Assembly (NCBI GenBank): GCA_963781365.1
Contig: CAWAFR010000001.1
Span: 57,481 to 121,480 of the forward strand
Source of the DNA: an uncultured Actinomycetota bacterium
GTDB lineage: Bacteria; Actinomycetota; Actinomycetes; Actinomycetales; Quadrisphaeraceae
DNA: 64,000 nt
Direction of reading: 5' to 3'
Shown: positions 19,175-29,909 of the stretch, piece after piece
Layout: each line of letters begins with the position of its first letter
Numbering within the stretch: position 1 is the stretch's first letter
Position numbers and translations under genes: made by a program
The notes under the pieces: generated by a model
The model's input: the letters and a program-made list of their open reading frames with translations, nothing else
Database searches by the model: none
Told to the model about the DNA's origin: nothing

Positions 19175-20154
19175 GCAGGACGACGAGCGCGGGCAGCGTC
19201 GAGGTCGAGCAGCTCACCCGGCGCTTCCGGGTGCGCAGCGGGAAGGGGCTGGCGCTGCGGCGCACCGACGTCGTCGCCGTCGACGCCCTGACGTTCACCA
19301 TCGGCGCCGGGGAGTCGGTCGGGTACATCGGCGCGAACGGCGCGGGCAAGTCGACGACGATCAAGATGCTCGCCGGGATCCTCGTGCCGAGCGCTGGGCG
19401 GGTCACCACCTGCGGTCTGGAGCCGGTGGCGCAGCGGCGGGCGCTGGCGCGCCGGCTCGGCGTGGTCTTCGGCCAGCGCTCGCAGCTGTGGTGGGACCTG
19501 CCGCTGGAGGAGTCGTACCGGATCCTCGCGGCCGTGCACTCCCTCAGCGCGCAGCGCGAGCGGGAGCGCACCGCCGAGCTCGTGGGGCGCCTGGAGCTGG
19601 GCTCGTTCCTCACGACGCCGGTGCGCCAGCTCTCCCTGGGCCAGCGGATGCGCGGTGAGGTGGCGGCGGCGCTGCTGCACTCCCCCGAGCTGCTGGTGCT
19701 CGACGAGCCGACCATCGGCCTGGACGTGCTGAGCAAGCAGCGGCTGCGGGAGTTCCTGCTCGCCGAGCGCGCCGCGCACGGGACGACGCTGCTGCTCACC
19801 ACCCACGACATGGGCGACGTGTCGCGGCTGTGCGAGCGGGTGCTGCTCGTCGACCGCGGCTCGCTGGCCTACGACGGGTCACTGGCCGGGCTGTCGCGGA
19901 CCGTGGGCGCGCGGCGGGTGCTCGTGGTCGACCTCGCGGCGCCCGCGCCGGACCTCGTCGGGGTGCCGCACGCCGAGCACCTCGGCAGCGAGGCCGGTGG
20001 ACTGCGCCAGCGGGTGGCGTTCGACGCTGAGGCGACGACGGCTGCCGCGGTGCTGTCGGCGGTGAGCGAGCGCGTGGAGGTGCGGGACCTGTCGGTGGAG
20101 GAGCCGGACGTCGAGGACGTCGTCCGCCGGGTCTACCTGTCCCGGGGCCGCTGA
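19171..20154 (+). CDS. ABC exporter ATP-binding subunit
   Basis: Walker A GANGAGKST, FGQRSQLWWDLP, LSLGQRMR, LVLDEPTIGLD, TTHD. Confidence 0.95.
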   Translation: MSRTTSAGSVEVEQLTRRFRVRSGKGLALRRTDVVAVDALTFTIGAGESVGYIGANGAGKSTTIKMLAGILVPSAGRVTTCGLEPVAQRRALARRLGVVFGQRSQLWWDLPLEESYRILAAVHSLSAQRERERTAELVGRLELGSFLTTPVRQLSLGQRMRGEVAAALLHSPELLVLDEPTIGLDVLSKQRLREFLLAERAAHGTTLLLTTHDMGDVSRLCERVLLVDRGSLAYDGSLAGLSRTVGARRVLVVDLAAPAPDLVGVPHAEHLGSEAGGLRQRVAFDAEATTAAAVLSAVSERVEVRDLSVEEPDVEDVVRRVYLSRGR

Positions 20155-20157
20155 CGT

Positions 20158-20234
20158 CCCCCTCCCGACCGTGATCATGGGCAGTGAGCCGATCGGCTCC
20201 GGCCTGCTGCCCGGGATCACGGGCGGGGGTGGGG
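20158..20234. repeat. GTGATCATG-family full palindromic element filling a convergent intergenic gap
   Basis: CCCCCTCCCGACCGTGATCATGGGCAG ... CTGCCCGGGATCACGGGCGGGGGTGGGG. Confidence 0.8.
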
Positions 20235-21303
20235 TCAGCGGGCTGAGGCGAGCACGCGGGCTGCCTCGCGCTGCGCCGCCGCGTTGCTCTGCAGCTCCCG
20301 CGAGCCAGCCAGCTTCGCGGCGATGTGCTCGCCCACGGTGGTCGGCGCGTAGAGGGGCTGCTCGCCGTCGTCGACCGTGCCGGGCAGGGCGGCGATCGAC
20401 GGCGTCGACGTCGCCGTCGTGGAAGAACGCCGCCGAGCGGCGGCGCTCGATGGTGCCGTCGACGATCGGCGGCTTGACGCGGTGCAGCGTCGAGCGTCCA
20501 GCGCTCGTTGGTCCAGCGCGCCATGACGTCGCCGAGGTTGACCAGCAGCGCGCCGTCGGCGGGCTGCACGTCGTGCCAGCGACCCGTCGGCGCCGAGCAC
20601 CTGCAGGCCCGGGCACCTGGTCGGCCCACAGCACGGTGACGATGCCGTAGTCGGTGTGCTCGCCCATGCCGGTGAGGTCGCCGTCGAGGTCGACGGTGCC
20701 CGGCGGGCAGCGCGTAGTTGTTCATCCGCAGCACGTCGAGGCAGTGCCCGGTGACGCCGCGGAACGAAGCCGCGGCTCGAGGCCGAGGGCGTCGGCGAAG
20801 ACGTCGGTGAGCGTGCGCGCGACCCGGCCGGCCTCGGCCACCCACGCCTGCGACGCGCGGCTCGGAAGCCGGGGACCAGCTCCTCGCCGGGCCAGAGGTT
20901 CTCGGCGTAGTGCGGCCGGGTCGAGCGCGACGGGCGCGTCCGGGTAGTCGCTGACGGCAGCGCCGGTGTTGAACGCCTCGAAGAAGTCGTTCATGCGGGT
21001 GGCGGCCTCGACGCCCAGGCTGAGCGAGAGGTTCTCCGACTTCGGCGGGGTGTAGCCGCGGTTGACGCCCGCTGGCGCGCGGTACCGCTTCTTGGTCTCC
21101 AGGCCGAGGCCGAAGAAGTCGTCGACCGCGGAGGCGAGCCCCGCGGCGACGTCATCAGGGACGCCGTGACCGACCACCTGCACGAAGCCGACGGTGCGGC
21201 ACGCCTCGTCCATCGCCGCCGCGGTGGCGGCGCGCTGCGCGGGGGTGCCGCCCGAGACGTAGGGCGAGATGTCGACGGTCGGGACGGCGAAGGGCGCGCT
21301 CAT
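20235..21303 (-). CDS. Isopenicillin-N-synthase-like 2OG-Fe(II) oxygenase; multiple frameshifts
   Basis: VPTVDISPY, ACRTVGFVQVVGHGV, NRGY, MGEHTDYGIVTVL (HxD), LVNLGD, TLHRV, RRRSAAFF. Confidence 0.85.
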
Positions 21304-21353
21304 GCCCCTGATCGTCGCCCTTCCTGCCGCCCCGCGGGTGGCCTCGGCCCAGG

Positions 21354-21375
21354 ACCGCCCGTGATCACGGACGGT
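21354..21375. repeat. Collapsed GTGATCAC-centred palindrome related to the REP-like family
   Basis: ACCGCCCGTGATCACGGACGGT. Confidence 0.5.
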
Positions 21376-21380
21376 GGGAG

Positions 21381-21843
21381 CTACGAGCGGTCCGGCTGGG
21401 GGGCGCCTTCAAGGGTGCGCATCACGGTGAACCGTGCACCGTCCGGGTCGGCGATGGTCGCCATCCGCCCGAAGGGCGTGTCCTGCGGGCCGTCGAGCTC
21501 GGTCCCGCCGTGCGCAGAGGCCGATGCCACAGCCGCGTCGACGTCGTCGACGTCGTCGACGTCGTCGACGTCGACGAGGAAGTAGGGCAGCCACCCGGGC
21601 TCCGGCGCGCCGAAGAGGGCCCGAGGCCGCCGCACGGGAACGGCTCGTCGCCGAGGTGCAGCGTCGCGTCGTCACCGGGCGCACCGTCGAAGGTCTCGTG
21701 GCGCAGCCCGAAGACGCTGGTGAGGAACGCTCGGGAGGCCGAGGGGTCGGCGCTGCGCGCGGCGCCAGGGTCGGGTGCGGACAGGTCTGCCCAGCAGGGC
21801 AGCCCGGCGGGCCAGGGTCGGGTGCGGCGGCTCGTGCACGCAT
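21381..21843 (-). pseudogene. Two-domain VOC/glyoxalase gene collapsed by internal deletion
   Basis: WPAGLPCWADLSAPDP (domain-1 start) joined to DPSASRAFLTSVFG (domain 2), then WLPYFLVDVDD...PQDTPFGRMATIADPDGARF. Confidence 0.65.
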
Positions 21844-21889
21844 CACAGCGCCCGGCACCGACGGCCCGCCAGGACCGGTCGGGGGTGGC

Positions 21890-23254
21890 TCAGGGCAGGC
21901 GCGCGCTGACGGCGGCGCCGTGCGCCGGGAGGTCCTCCGCGGCGGACAGGGCCAGCACGTGGGGGGCGACGTCGGCCAGCGCGGCCTCGGTGTACTCCAC
22001 GACGTGGATCCCCCGCAGGAAGGTCGCGACGCTCAGCCCCGCGGTGTGCGCGCAGGTCCCCCCGGTGGGCAGCACGTGGTTGGACCCGGCGCAGTAGTCG
22101 CCGAGCGAGACCGGCGAGAACGCCCCGACGAAGACCGCGCCGGCGTTGCGCACCCGCGCGGCCACCGCAGCGGCGTCGCGGGTCTGGACCTCGAGGTGCT
22201 CCGCGCCGTACGCGTCGACGACGGCGAGCCCGGCGTCGACGTCGTCGACGAGCACCACCAGCGACTGCGGCCCCGCCAGCGCGACGGCGATCCGCTCTCC
22301 GTGCTTGGCGGCCGGCACGCGGCGGGCCAGCGCGGCGTCGACGGCGTCGGCCAGCTGCGGGCTGTCCGTGACGAGCACTGCCGCGGAGGCCTCGCCGTGC
22401 TCGGCCTGGCTGATGAGGTCGGCGGCGACGTGCTCGGCGTCGGCGGTCTCGTCGGCGAGCACCGCGACCTCGGACGGGCCGGCCTCGGCGTCGGTGCCGA
22501 TCACGCCGCGCAGCAGGCGCTTGGCGGCGGTGACGTAGATGTTGCCGGGGCCGGTGACGAGGTCGACCGGCGGGCACGACTGGGTGCCGTCGGCCTCGCG
22601 GGCGCCGAGCGCGAGCATCGCCACCGCCTGCGCGCCACCGACGGCGTAGACCTCCTCCACCCCCAGCAGCGCGCACGCGGCGAGGATGGTGGGGTCGGGC
22701 AGCCCGTCGGTGGAGCTCGCGTCGGGACCCTTGCCCCTCTGCGGCGGGGTCGCGACGGCGATGCTCTCCACCCCCGCCTCCTGCGCGGGGACGACGTTCA
22801 TGACCACGCTGCTCGGCAGCGGAGCGACGCCCGCCGGCACGTAGAGCCCGACGCGCTGCACCGGCACGAACCGCTCGGTGACCGTGCCGCCGTCGACCAC
22901 CCGCGTCACCACGTCGCTGCGGCGCTGGTCGGCGTGCACGAGGCGGGAGCGCCGGACCGACTCCTCCAGCGCTGCCCGCACGGCCGGGTCGAGCGCCGCC
23001 AGCGCGTCGGCCAGCGCGGTCGCGGGCACCCGCAGCGATCCGATGCGGACGCCGTCGAAGCGCTCCCCCAGGTCGCGGACAGCGTCGGCACCGCCTTCCC
23101 TGACCTGGTCGACGACGGGCCTGACGACGGCGAGCGCCGCCTCGACGTCGACGACGGCGCGCGGCATCCGGCTGCGCAGCTCGCGCGCGTCGACGTGCTG
23201 GCCCCGCAGGTCGAGGCGGCGCATCGCGGTGACGGCGGGGGTGGTCGTGGTCAC
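21890..23254 (-). CDS. hisD: Histidinol dehydrogenase
   Basis: [72 protein letters not shown]. Confidence 0.97.
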   Translation of the reverse strand: MTTTTPAVTAMRRLDLRGQHVDARELRSRMPRAVVDVEAALAVVRPVVDQVREGGADAVRDLGERFDGVRIGSLRVPATALADALAALDPAVRAALEESVRRSRLVHADQRRSDVVTRVVDGGTVTERFVPVQRVGLYVPAGVAPLPSSVVMNVVPAQEAGVESIAVATPPQRGKGPDASSTDGLPDPTILAACALLGVEEVYAVGGAQAVAMLALGAREADGTQSCPPVDLVTGPGNIYVTAAKRLLRGVIGTDAEAGPSEVAVLADETADAEHVAADLISQAEHGEASAAVLVTDSPQLADAVDAALARRVPAAKHGERIAVALAGPQSLVVLVDDVDAGLAVVDAYGAEHLEVQTRDAAAVAARVRNAGAVFVGAFSPVSLGDYCAGSNHVLPTGGTCAHTAGLSVATFLRGIHVVEYTEAALADVAPHVLALSAAEDLPAHGAAVSARLP

Positions 23255-23280
23255 GGACCACAACCCTAAGCGTCCCTCCG

Positions 23281-23303
23281 CCCCCTCCCCGTGATCATGG
23301 GCC
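23281..23303 (+). repeat. GTGATCATG-family half copy in the hisD/DUF1348 divergent gap
   Basis: CCCCCTCCCCGTGATCATGGGCC. Confidence 0.7.
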
Positions 23304-23369
23304 TTCCACGCACTTCCCGCGCAGCGCCAGCGAGCAGCACGACGATGACGGGCGACGCAGACTAGGACG

Positions 23370-23828
23370 ATGAGCGAGCAGCGCCCGCCCCTGCCCCCGT
23401 TCGACGCCGCGTCGGCGCTGGCGAAGGTCCGCGCCGCCGAGGCCGCGTGGAACACCCGGGACCCGGAGCGGGTCGCCGGCGCGTACTCACCCGACAGCGA
23501 GTGGCGCAACCGCGGCACCTTCCTGCGGGGTCGCGCGGAGATCGCGGCCTTCCTGCAGGGCAAGTGGGAGCGCGAGCTCGACTACGCGCTGCGCAAGGAC
23601 CTGTGGGCGTTCACCGACGACCGGATCGCCGTCCGCTTCCAGTACGAGTGCCGTGACGCCGACGGTCAGTGGTGGCGCTCCTACGGCAACGAGCTGTGGG
23701 AGTTCGACGCCGACGGGTTCATGCGCCGGCGGGAGGCGAGCATCGACGACGTCCCGATCCACGAGTCCGAGCGGCGCATCCACGGCCCGCGCGCCGACGG
23801 CGACGACAGCACCCCGCCCCTGCGCTGA
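23370..23828 (+). CDS. DUF1348 / SnoaL-like (NTF2-fold) protein
   Basis: RPPLPPF...[13 protein letters not shown]...WRNR...[17 protein letters not shown]...[10 protein letters not shown]. Confidence 0.95.
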   Translation: MSEQRPPLPPFDAASALAKVRAAEAAWNTRDPERVAGAYSPDSEWRNRGTFLRGRAEIAAFLQGKWERELDYALRKDLWAFTDDRIAVRFQYECRDADGQWWRSYGNELWEFDADGFMRRREASIDDVPIHESERRIHGPRADGDDSTPPLR

Positions 23829-23863
23829 GCCGTTCCTCCTCGACCGTCGCGGAGGGGCGGGGC

Positions 23864-24776
23864 TCACGCCGGCTGCACCAGGGCGGTGCGTGAGGCCGCG
23901 ACCAGGGCGGCGGCGACCGCGTCGAGCGCCGGGCTGCGCAGCTTCCACTGCTGCCAGAACAGCGGGACGTCGACGGGCGCCCGGTCGAGGAGCACCAGGT
24001 CGGCGCGGCGCCAGCGCGGCGGCCGGCGTGGGCCGCCGGGAGCAGCGCCCAGCCGAACCCGAGCCGGACCGCCTCGAGCGAAGTCCGCCGACGCCGGCAC
24101 GTGGTGGCGCGGCGGGTCGGCGCCCGGCGGCGCGGGCGGCGAGCGCAGTCGTCCTGGAGGTCGTCGTCGCGGTCGAAGACCACGACGGGGCGCCGCGGCG
24201 ACTCGGCGTGACGCCGGCGGCGAACCAGCGCCGGCGAAGGCGGGCGAGCGCGCACCGGCAGGTAGCGCATCGCGCCGAGCCGGGTCGACGGAGCAGCCGG
24301 CCACCGGGTCGCGCGTCGGCGGTCATGGCGGCGACGACGGTGCCGTCGCGCAGCAGGCGCGCTGGTGCGGGCCTGGTCCTCGCGGCGCAGGTCGAGGCGC
24401 ACCTCCCCGGCGAGCGGTGCGAGCGCGGGCAGCACCCAGGTGGCGAGGGAGTCGGCGTTGACGGCGAGCGGGAGCACCGGGGGCGCACCACTCGGGGGTC
24501 GGGCCCTCGTGCGCCTCCGCCCCAGCGCCGCTGCGGCGTCGTCGAGCAGCAGCTCGACCTGGCGCGCCAGGCGCAGCAGCGGCTCGCCCCGACGGCGGTG
24601 ACGGCCGACCGGCCGCGAGCGCACCAGCAGCACCCGCCCCGCCGCGGCCTCCAGCGCCCGCAGCCGCTGGCTGACGGCGGAGGGGGTCACGTGCAGCCGC
24701 CGCGCGGCGCCCTCGAAGCGTACCCGGCGTCGACGACGGCGGCCAGGGCGCGCAGCTGGGCGAGGTCGAGGTCCAC
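23864..24776 (-). CDS. argP: LysR-family regulator of ArgP/LysG type; multiple frameshifts
   Basis: QLRALAAVVD, FEGAARRLHVTPSAVSQRLRALE, LAVNADSLATW, LGAMRY, DVPLFWQQWKL. Confidence 0.85.
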
Positions 24777-24804
24777 GACGTCCAGTCAACCCTAGAGGGG
24801 AGCC

Positions 24805-24825
24805 TGGTGAAGTGATGCTTCACCA
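24805..24825. promoter_or_regulatory. Palindromic LysR operator between argP and lysE
   Basis: TGGTGAAG-tgatg-CTTCACCA. Confidence 0.7.
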
Positions 24826-24878
24826 CCTGCAGGAGGTCAGCTGGACTGCAGCACCCGGCCGCTCCTAGCGTCGCGGGC

Positions 24879-25508
24879 GTGATCGACGCGCACCTCCTCG
24901 CCGCAGCCTCCGGCCTCGGGCTCGGCCTGTCACTCATCGTGGCGATCGGCGCGCAGAACGCCTTCGTGCTGCGGCAGGGCCTGCGCGGGGAGCACGTGCT
25001 CGCCGTCGTCGCCGTCTGCGCCGCCTCCGACCTGGTGCTCATCGTCGCGGGCGTCGCCGGCGCGGGAGCGGTGCTGCAGGCGTGCGCCGCCGGCGCTCGT
25101 CGTCGTCCGCGTCGCCGGGGCGCCTGTTCCTGCTGGCCTACGGGGCGCTCGCCGCGCGGCGCGCGCTGCGGCCCCCGGCCGACGGCGCGCTGCGCACCGA
25201 CACCGGTGGCACCGGGACCGCTCTGGGCGCCGCCGTCGCCACCTGCCTGGCGCTGACGTGGCTGAACCCGCACGTGTACCTCGACACGGTGGTGCTGCTC
25301 GGCTCCATCGCGAGCACGCACGGCGGCGCAGCGGTGGTGGTTCGCCGGCGGCGCGGGGCTGGGGAGCGTCGTGTGGTTCACCGCGCTCGGGTACGGAGCG
25401 CGGCTGCTGCGCCCGCTGTTCGCGCGCCCGGTGGCGTGGCGGGTGCTGGACGCCGTCATCGCCGTCGTCATGGTGGCCCTGGCGCTCTCGCTGCTCGCCG
25501 GTCTGTGA
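24879..25508 (+). CDS. lysE: LysE/ArgO basic amino-acid exporter; frameshifts near 25085-25130 and 25330
   Basis: [51 protein letters not shown]. Confidence 0.9.
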
Positions 25509-26645
25509 CGGGGTCCAGCGGTGACATCGCCTCCGTGATCGCGGGCTCGACGTCGTGTCCGACGCGGCCCGCCTCGTCGGACATCGCGTGGGCCTGCGCC
25601 AGGACCTGCCCGCAGACCCGGGCGTAGTCGTGCCACTGGGCGCTGGACAGGTCGGCGAGCTCGACGTCGTCGCGGTTCCAGGAGCGCTCGCGCACGATGG
25701 AGCTTGTGCCGTCGTGCTCGACGCTGCCGTAGAACGCTCCGGAGCTGGCCATCACCACCCGCTGCGCGTGGGCGATGCGCGCCTCGTGCCCGGTGGTGGT
25801 GTACCGGTCGACGAGCTCCTGGAACTCCTCCCGGCGGCTGGAGACCGGCACGATCTTCTCGCTCGGGGCGAAGCCGGCGCCGGTCTCGTCGAGGGACTTG
25901 CGCGTGAGGTACTCAGCGCGGGAGCGGCGCACGGCGTGGTCGAGCAGGTCGGCGATGATCGGCGGCGCGTTGTCGCGGCGCACCTCGTCGGCGGCCTCCG
26001 TGGCGTCGACCGCGTACGCGGCGACGGCCTCGGCGTACCCCCGCACGAGCGCCTCGGCGATGGAGCGCTGCTCGGACGCGCCCTTGCCCCCCTCGGAGGC
26101 CGCAGCCACCACGAAGCCGGTGGCCGCCCGCTCGAGGGCCCACGTGAAGGGGGCGTGGGCGGCCTCGTCGTAGTCGTCGATGCCGAAGACGGGCACGTCG
26201 TCGCGGTCGGGCACCACCCCGATGTTCTCCGGGTGCGCGTCACCGGCGGCCAGCACGCTCGGCATCCACGCGTCCGCCCCCGCCATGTCGCGGTGGAACA
26301 GCAGCGCCGTACCGCGGAAGAACCGGAAGAGCGAGCCGGCGAGGACGTCGAACTCCTCCCGCGCCTCCTCGTCGTGGGTGGCGATGCGGGCCTGGTGGTC
26401 CTCGCGGATGGTCTGGCGGACGTGCACGCGACGGTCGCCGCCGGTGAGCAGCGCGGCAGCACCACCATCTCCCCGGCCGCGCGGCGCCGCGCGAGCTCGG
26501 TGAACGCCTCCACGCGCGAGGTCGCTCGCGGCTGGTCGTCACCCCGTGGTCGGCGGTGTCTGGGTCGCCGGGGTCGCGCTCGTCGGCCGCCGCGCCGCCG
26601 TCCCAGCTGGTAGAGCTCCTCGCGCGTGGCGGTCTGCGTGATCAC
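25468..26645 (-). pseudogene. DUF2252-family protein, frameshifted, internally deleted and 3'-truncated
   Basis: HVRQTIREDH, FRFFRGTALLFHRD, GDAHPENIG, FGIDDYDEA, YARVCGQVLAQAHA; central part of the family sequence is missing. Confidence 0.7.
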
Positions 26646-26708
26646 GACGCGGGGAGCACCCCGCGCGCTCGCGGTCCAACCCCGGACGGCCGAGGGCTCA
26701 GCCGCGCT

Positions 26709-27503
26709 TCAGGCTCGGGCGCGCAGACCCCGCTCGACGTGCAGCGAGCGGTACACGCCGGTGCGCAGCTCGACCTCGTACTCCTCCGTCAGAGGCATCG
26801 CCAGCTCCCGGGCGACGGCGACCTCCGCGTCGACGTCGTGCGGCAGCCGCACCTGCTGCCAGCTGAAAGCAGCTGCGGACTCACCGACCCCGTCATCAGC
26901 CTCGCCCTCCAGCAGCAGGTAGGCGACCTGCGGGTCCTCGTCGAGGGGGTTGCCCGCCGAGCCGCAGTTGATGAGCGTCCGCCCGCCGATGACCTCGCTG
27001 TAGACGTGGTGGAGGTCGCCGTAGACGACGACGTCCGGGGTCGGGCTCGGGCCGTCGCGCTCGGTGAGCGGGGTCTGCTCGAAGAAGGAGTCGAACTCCT
27101 CCTGCGTGTGGTGGCGCCAGACCCTCGTGAAGGGGCTGTCGGTGGACGCGTGCACGAAGCGCACCCAGCGCCCCGACAGGCGCAGGTGGTGGGCGAGCGG
27201 CAGCGTGCGCATCCAGGCGCGGTCGGCCTCGGACAGCTCCTCGCGCCACCACCTCATGCCGGGGTGGGTGAGGCGGCGGGAGTCGTCGGAGAGCACGACC
27301 TCCCAGTTGCCCGCCACGGTCAGCGCGCACCGCTCGCGGGTCAGCGCGACGCACTCCGACCCGCGGGGGCCCTTGCCGACGACGTCGCCGAGGTTCAGCA
27401 CCAGGTCGACACCGCGGGCGGCGGCGTCGGCGAGGACCGCGCGGTAGGCGGTGAGGTTGCCGTGGACGTCGGAGACGACGGCGATCCGCGTGACAGCACC
27501 CAC
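26709..27503 (-). CDS. Calcineurin-like metallophosphoesterase
   Basis: SDVHGN, LGDVVGKGP, GNWE, FVHAS, YGDLHH, NCGSAGNPLD. Confidence 0.9.
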   Translation of the reverse strand: MGAVTRIAVVSDVHGNLTAYRAVLADAAARGVDLVLNLGDVVGKGPRGSECVALTRERCALTVAGNWEVVLSDDSRRLTHPGMRWWREELSEADRAWMRTLPLAHHLRLSGRWVRFVHASTDSPFTRVWRHHTQEEFDSFFEQTPLTERDGPSPTPDVVVYGDLHHVYSEVIGGRTLINCGSAGNPLDEDPQVAYLLLEGEADDGVGESAAAFSWQQVRLPHDVDAEVAVARELAMPLTEEYEVELRTGVYRSLHVERGLRARA

Positions 27504-27583
27504 ACGGCCAGCCTGCCTCACCCTCACCGACGGGGGTCCACCGGTCGCGCGGGCACCCGGGTCCGTGCAGAGTCGGTGCTGCT

Positions 27584-28069
27584 GTGACCACTGAGACGCG
27601 ACCGGACCTCGGGTCACCACCCGTGCACCGCGAGCACGCCCGGGTGGTGCTGCACCACGCTCCCTCCGCCGCGGGAGCGGGGCGCCGGTTCGCCCGCAAC
27701 CAGCTGTGCCCCGCTCACGCCGCGTCCGCCGTCGACACCGTCCTCGTGGTGGTCAGCGAGCTCGTGACCAACGCCGTCACGCACGGTGAGCCGCCGGTGG
27801 TGCTGACGCTGATGTGCAACGTCGAGCAGGTGCTGGTGGGCGTGCACGACAGCTCCGACGGCACGCCCCGCCCACCGGAGGACGACGTGCCGTGGCACTC
27901 CGAGGACGGCCGGGGCATGCAGCTCATCGAGGGCTTGACGGTCCACTGGGGTGTGCGCTCCGGCGGGCCCAGCGGCGGCAGCGGCAAGGGTGTGTGGGCG
28001 ACCGTCGACCTCACCGGTGAGGGCGTGGACCGCCCCTTCACGACGAGCCCAGCCCCGCCAGCAGGTTGA
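27584..28069 (+). CDS. RsbW-like HATPase_c ATP-binding protein (anti-sigma-factor type)
   Basis: [39 protein letters not shown]. Confidence 0.85.
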   Translation: MTTETRPDLGSPPVHREHARVVLHHAPSAAGAGRRFARNQLCPAHAASAVDTVLVVVSELVTNAVTHGEPPVVLTLMCNVEQVLVGVHDSSDGTPRPPEDDVPWHSEDGRGMQLIEGLTVHWGVRSGGPSGGSGKGVWATVDLTGEGVDRPFTTSPAPPAG

Positions 28070-28709
28070 TCGTCGCCCCCAGCACCACCGCCCCGAGCAC
28101 GAACGACAGCAGCGCGTGCTTCAGGGCCGCGCCGCGCATCGCCGTCGAGCCCAGCCCGGTGTCGGAGACCTGGTAGGTCATCCCGACGGAGAAGGCCACG
28201 TAGGCGAAGTCCAGGTAGCACGGCGGTCCGCCCTCGAAGGCGATCCCGCCCGTCCTCCCGGCAGCGACCTCGGAGCAGTACAGCCAGGCGTAGTGGAGCA
28301 TCGAGGTGGTGTGGACGACGAGCCACGACGCCGCGACCACCGCCAGGCCCAGCCCGGCGAGCGCGTCCTGCCTCCAGCCTTGCGCGGCGTTCGCCTGCAC
28401 CAGCAGGCCGACCACACCGACGAGGCTCGCCAGGCACGCGAGGAGCAGGACGGAGCGGGCGCCCGGGCGGGTCGGGTCGTCACGCGTGGCGTGCGCCGCG
28501 GTCGCCTCGGCGTCGAGGCGGCGGACCAGGCGCAGGTCGTGGCTGAGCACGATCGCCGCGACCACCAGCCAGCCCGCCGCGAAGGCGGCGGCCCCCGCAC
28601 CCGCCAGGACGGCGGACGCGGCCACGACCGCGCCGACCACGAGCGCGGTGGCGATGCGCGCCGAGGCGCGGGCGGGACGGCGGTCGAGCGATGACGGCGG
28701 CGTGGGCAC
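28038..28709 (-). CDS. DUF1345 membrane protein
   Basis: ATRDDP, SWLVVHT...[36 protein letters not shown]. Confidence 0.9.
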   Translation of the reverse strand: MPTPPSSLDRRPARASARIATALVVGAVVAASAVLAGAGAAAFAAGWLVVAAIVLSHDLRLVRRLDAEATAAHATRDDPTRPGARSVLLLACLASLVGVVGLLVQANAAQGWRQDALAGLGLAVVAASWLVVHTTSMLHYAWLYCSEVAAGRTGGIAFEGGPPCYLDFAYVAFSVGMTYQVSDTGLGSTAMRGAALKHALLSFVLGAVVLGATINLLAGLGSS

Positions 28710-28732
28710 GCGCGACAGTAGGCCCGCTACGC

Positions 28733-28755
28733 ATTCATCCACTGACTTGATGAAT
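28733..28755. promoter_or_regulatory. AT-rich palindromic operator upstream of the Gfo/Idh/MocA pair
   Basis: ATTCATC-N9-GATGAAT, conspicuous against a very GC-rich background. Confidence 0.6.
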
Positions 28756-28814
28756 TGCCTGCGACGTGCTGGGGTGGACTCCGTCCACCCGATCAGCGCC
28801 GAACCGGGAGCACC

Positions 28815-29885
28815 GTGGCCTCCGCAACGCCGTCCGCACCCCCCTCCTCCCCCACCTCGGGGACCCCGCTGCGGGTCGCCGCGCTGGGCTTCTGGCACGT
28901 CCACGCCGCCGACTACGCCTCCTCCGCCGTCGCCCACCCCGGCACCGAGCTCGTCGCCGTCTGGGACGACGACGCCGAGCGCGGCCGGGCCGGCGCCGCG
29001 CGGTTCGACGTCCCCTTCGAGGCCGACCTCGACGCGCTGCTCGCCCGCGACGACGTCGACGCGGTGACCGTCACGACCTCCACCGACGTGCACCACGACG
29101 TCATCGCGCACGCGGCGCGGGCCGGCAAGCACGTCTTCACCGAGAAGCTGCTCGCGCCCACCGTCGCCGAGTGCGAGGACCTGGTCGCCGCGTGCGACGC
29201 CGGCGGCCTCGCCCTGGTGGTCTCCCTGCCGCGGCTCTACCACGGGTACACGGCGGCGATCCGCGGCGGTCGTGGCCGGCGGCGGCCTGGGGCGCCTCAC
29301 CTACGCGCGGGTGCGCCTGTCCCACGAGGGCGCCGTCACCCGCTGGCTGCCGGACCGGTTCTTCGACCCGGCGCCCTCCATCGGCGGCGCGCTCACCGAC
29401 CTCGGCTGCCACCCGGTGTACCTGACCCAGCTGCTGCTGGGCGCCCGCCCGTCGACGGTCTCGGCGGTCTACAGCGCGGTCACCGGGCGCGACGTCGAGG
29501 ACAACGCCGTGGTCACCGTCCGCTACACGACGGTGAGCCCGGGCGCGATCGGCGTCATCGAGGCGAGCTTCTCCGCGCCCACCCCGTTCACGATCGACGT
29601 GTTCGGCACCGAGGGCACGCGTCAGCTACACCGACACCGGGAACCGCCTCACCGCCACCGGCAGCGCCTTCGGGGCCGTCGGGCCGCACGGCGTCGTCGA
29701 CCTGCCGGTGCCCGAGGACGGCCAGGACGCGTTCGCCCAGTGGGTCGAGCACGCGCGCAGCGGCACCCGCGCCGACGACAACCTCGCCCGCGCCGTCGAG
29801 CTCACCCGGCTCGTGGTGGCGGCCAACGCCGCCGCGCAGGTCCACCAGCACCACCAGCAGCACGACCACCCAGACCCAGCAGTGA
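28815..29885 (+). CDS. Gfo/Idh/MocA oxidoreductase; frameshifts near 29270, 29620 and the 3' end
   Basis: [47 protein letters not shown]. Confidence 0.85.
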   Translation: MASATPSAPPSSPTSGTPLRVAALGFWHVHAADYASSAVAHPGTELVAVWDDDAERGRAGAARFDVPFEADLDALLARDDVDAVTVTTSTDVHHDVIAHAARAGKHVFTEKLLAPTVAECEDLVAACDAGGLALVVSLPRLYHGYTAAIRGGRGRRRPGAPHLRAGAPVPRGRRHPLAAGPVLRPGALHRRRAHRPRLPPGVPDPAAAGRPPVDGLGGLQRGHRARRRGQRRGHRPLHDGEPGRDRRHRGELLRAHPVHDRRVRHRGHASATPTPGTASPPPAAPSGPSGRTASSTCRCPRTARTRSPSGSSTRAAAPAPTTTSPAPSSSPGSWWRPTPPRRSTSTTSSTTTQTQQ

Positions 29886-29909
29886 CCGGACACCACGGAG
29901 GACCTCGTC

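Noticed and set aside
17497-21303. ABC exporter plus IPNS-like oxygenase as a biosynthetic gene cluster
   Set aside because: The genes are convergent and no NRPS, PKS, RiPP precursor or other scaffold enzyme is nearby
29820-29905. His/Gln-rich tail ([11 protein letters not shown]) on the first Gfo/Idh/MocA protein as a metal-binding tag
   Set aside because: The reading frame at the 3' end is ambiguous in an indel-rich zone; the alternative frame gives a Thr/Ser tail with a proper stop at 29885
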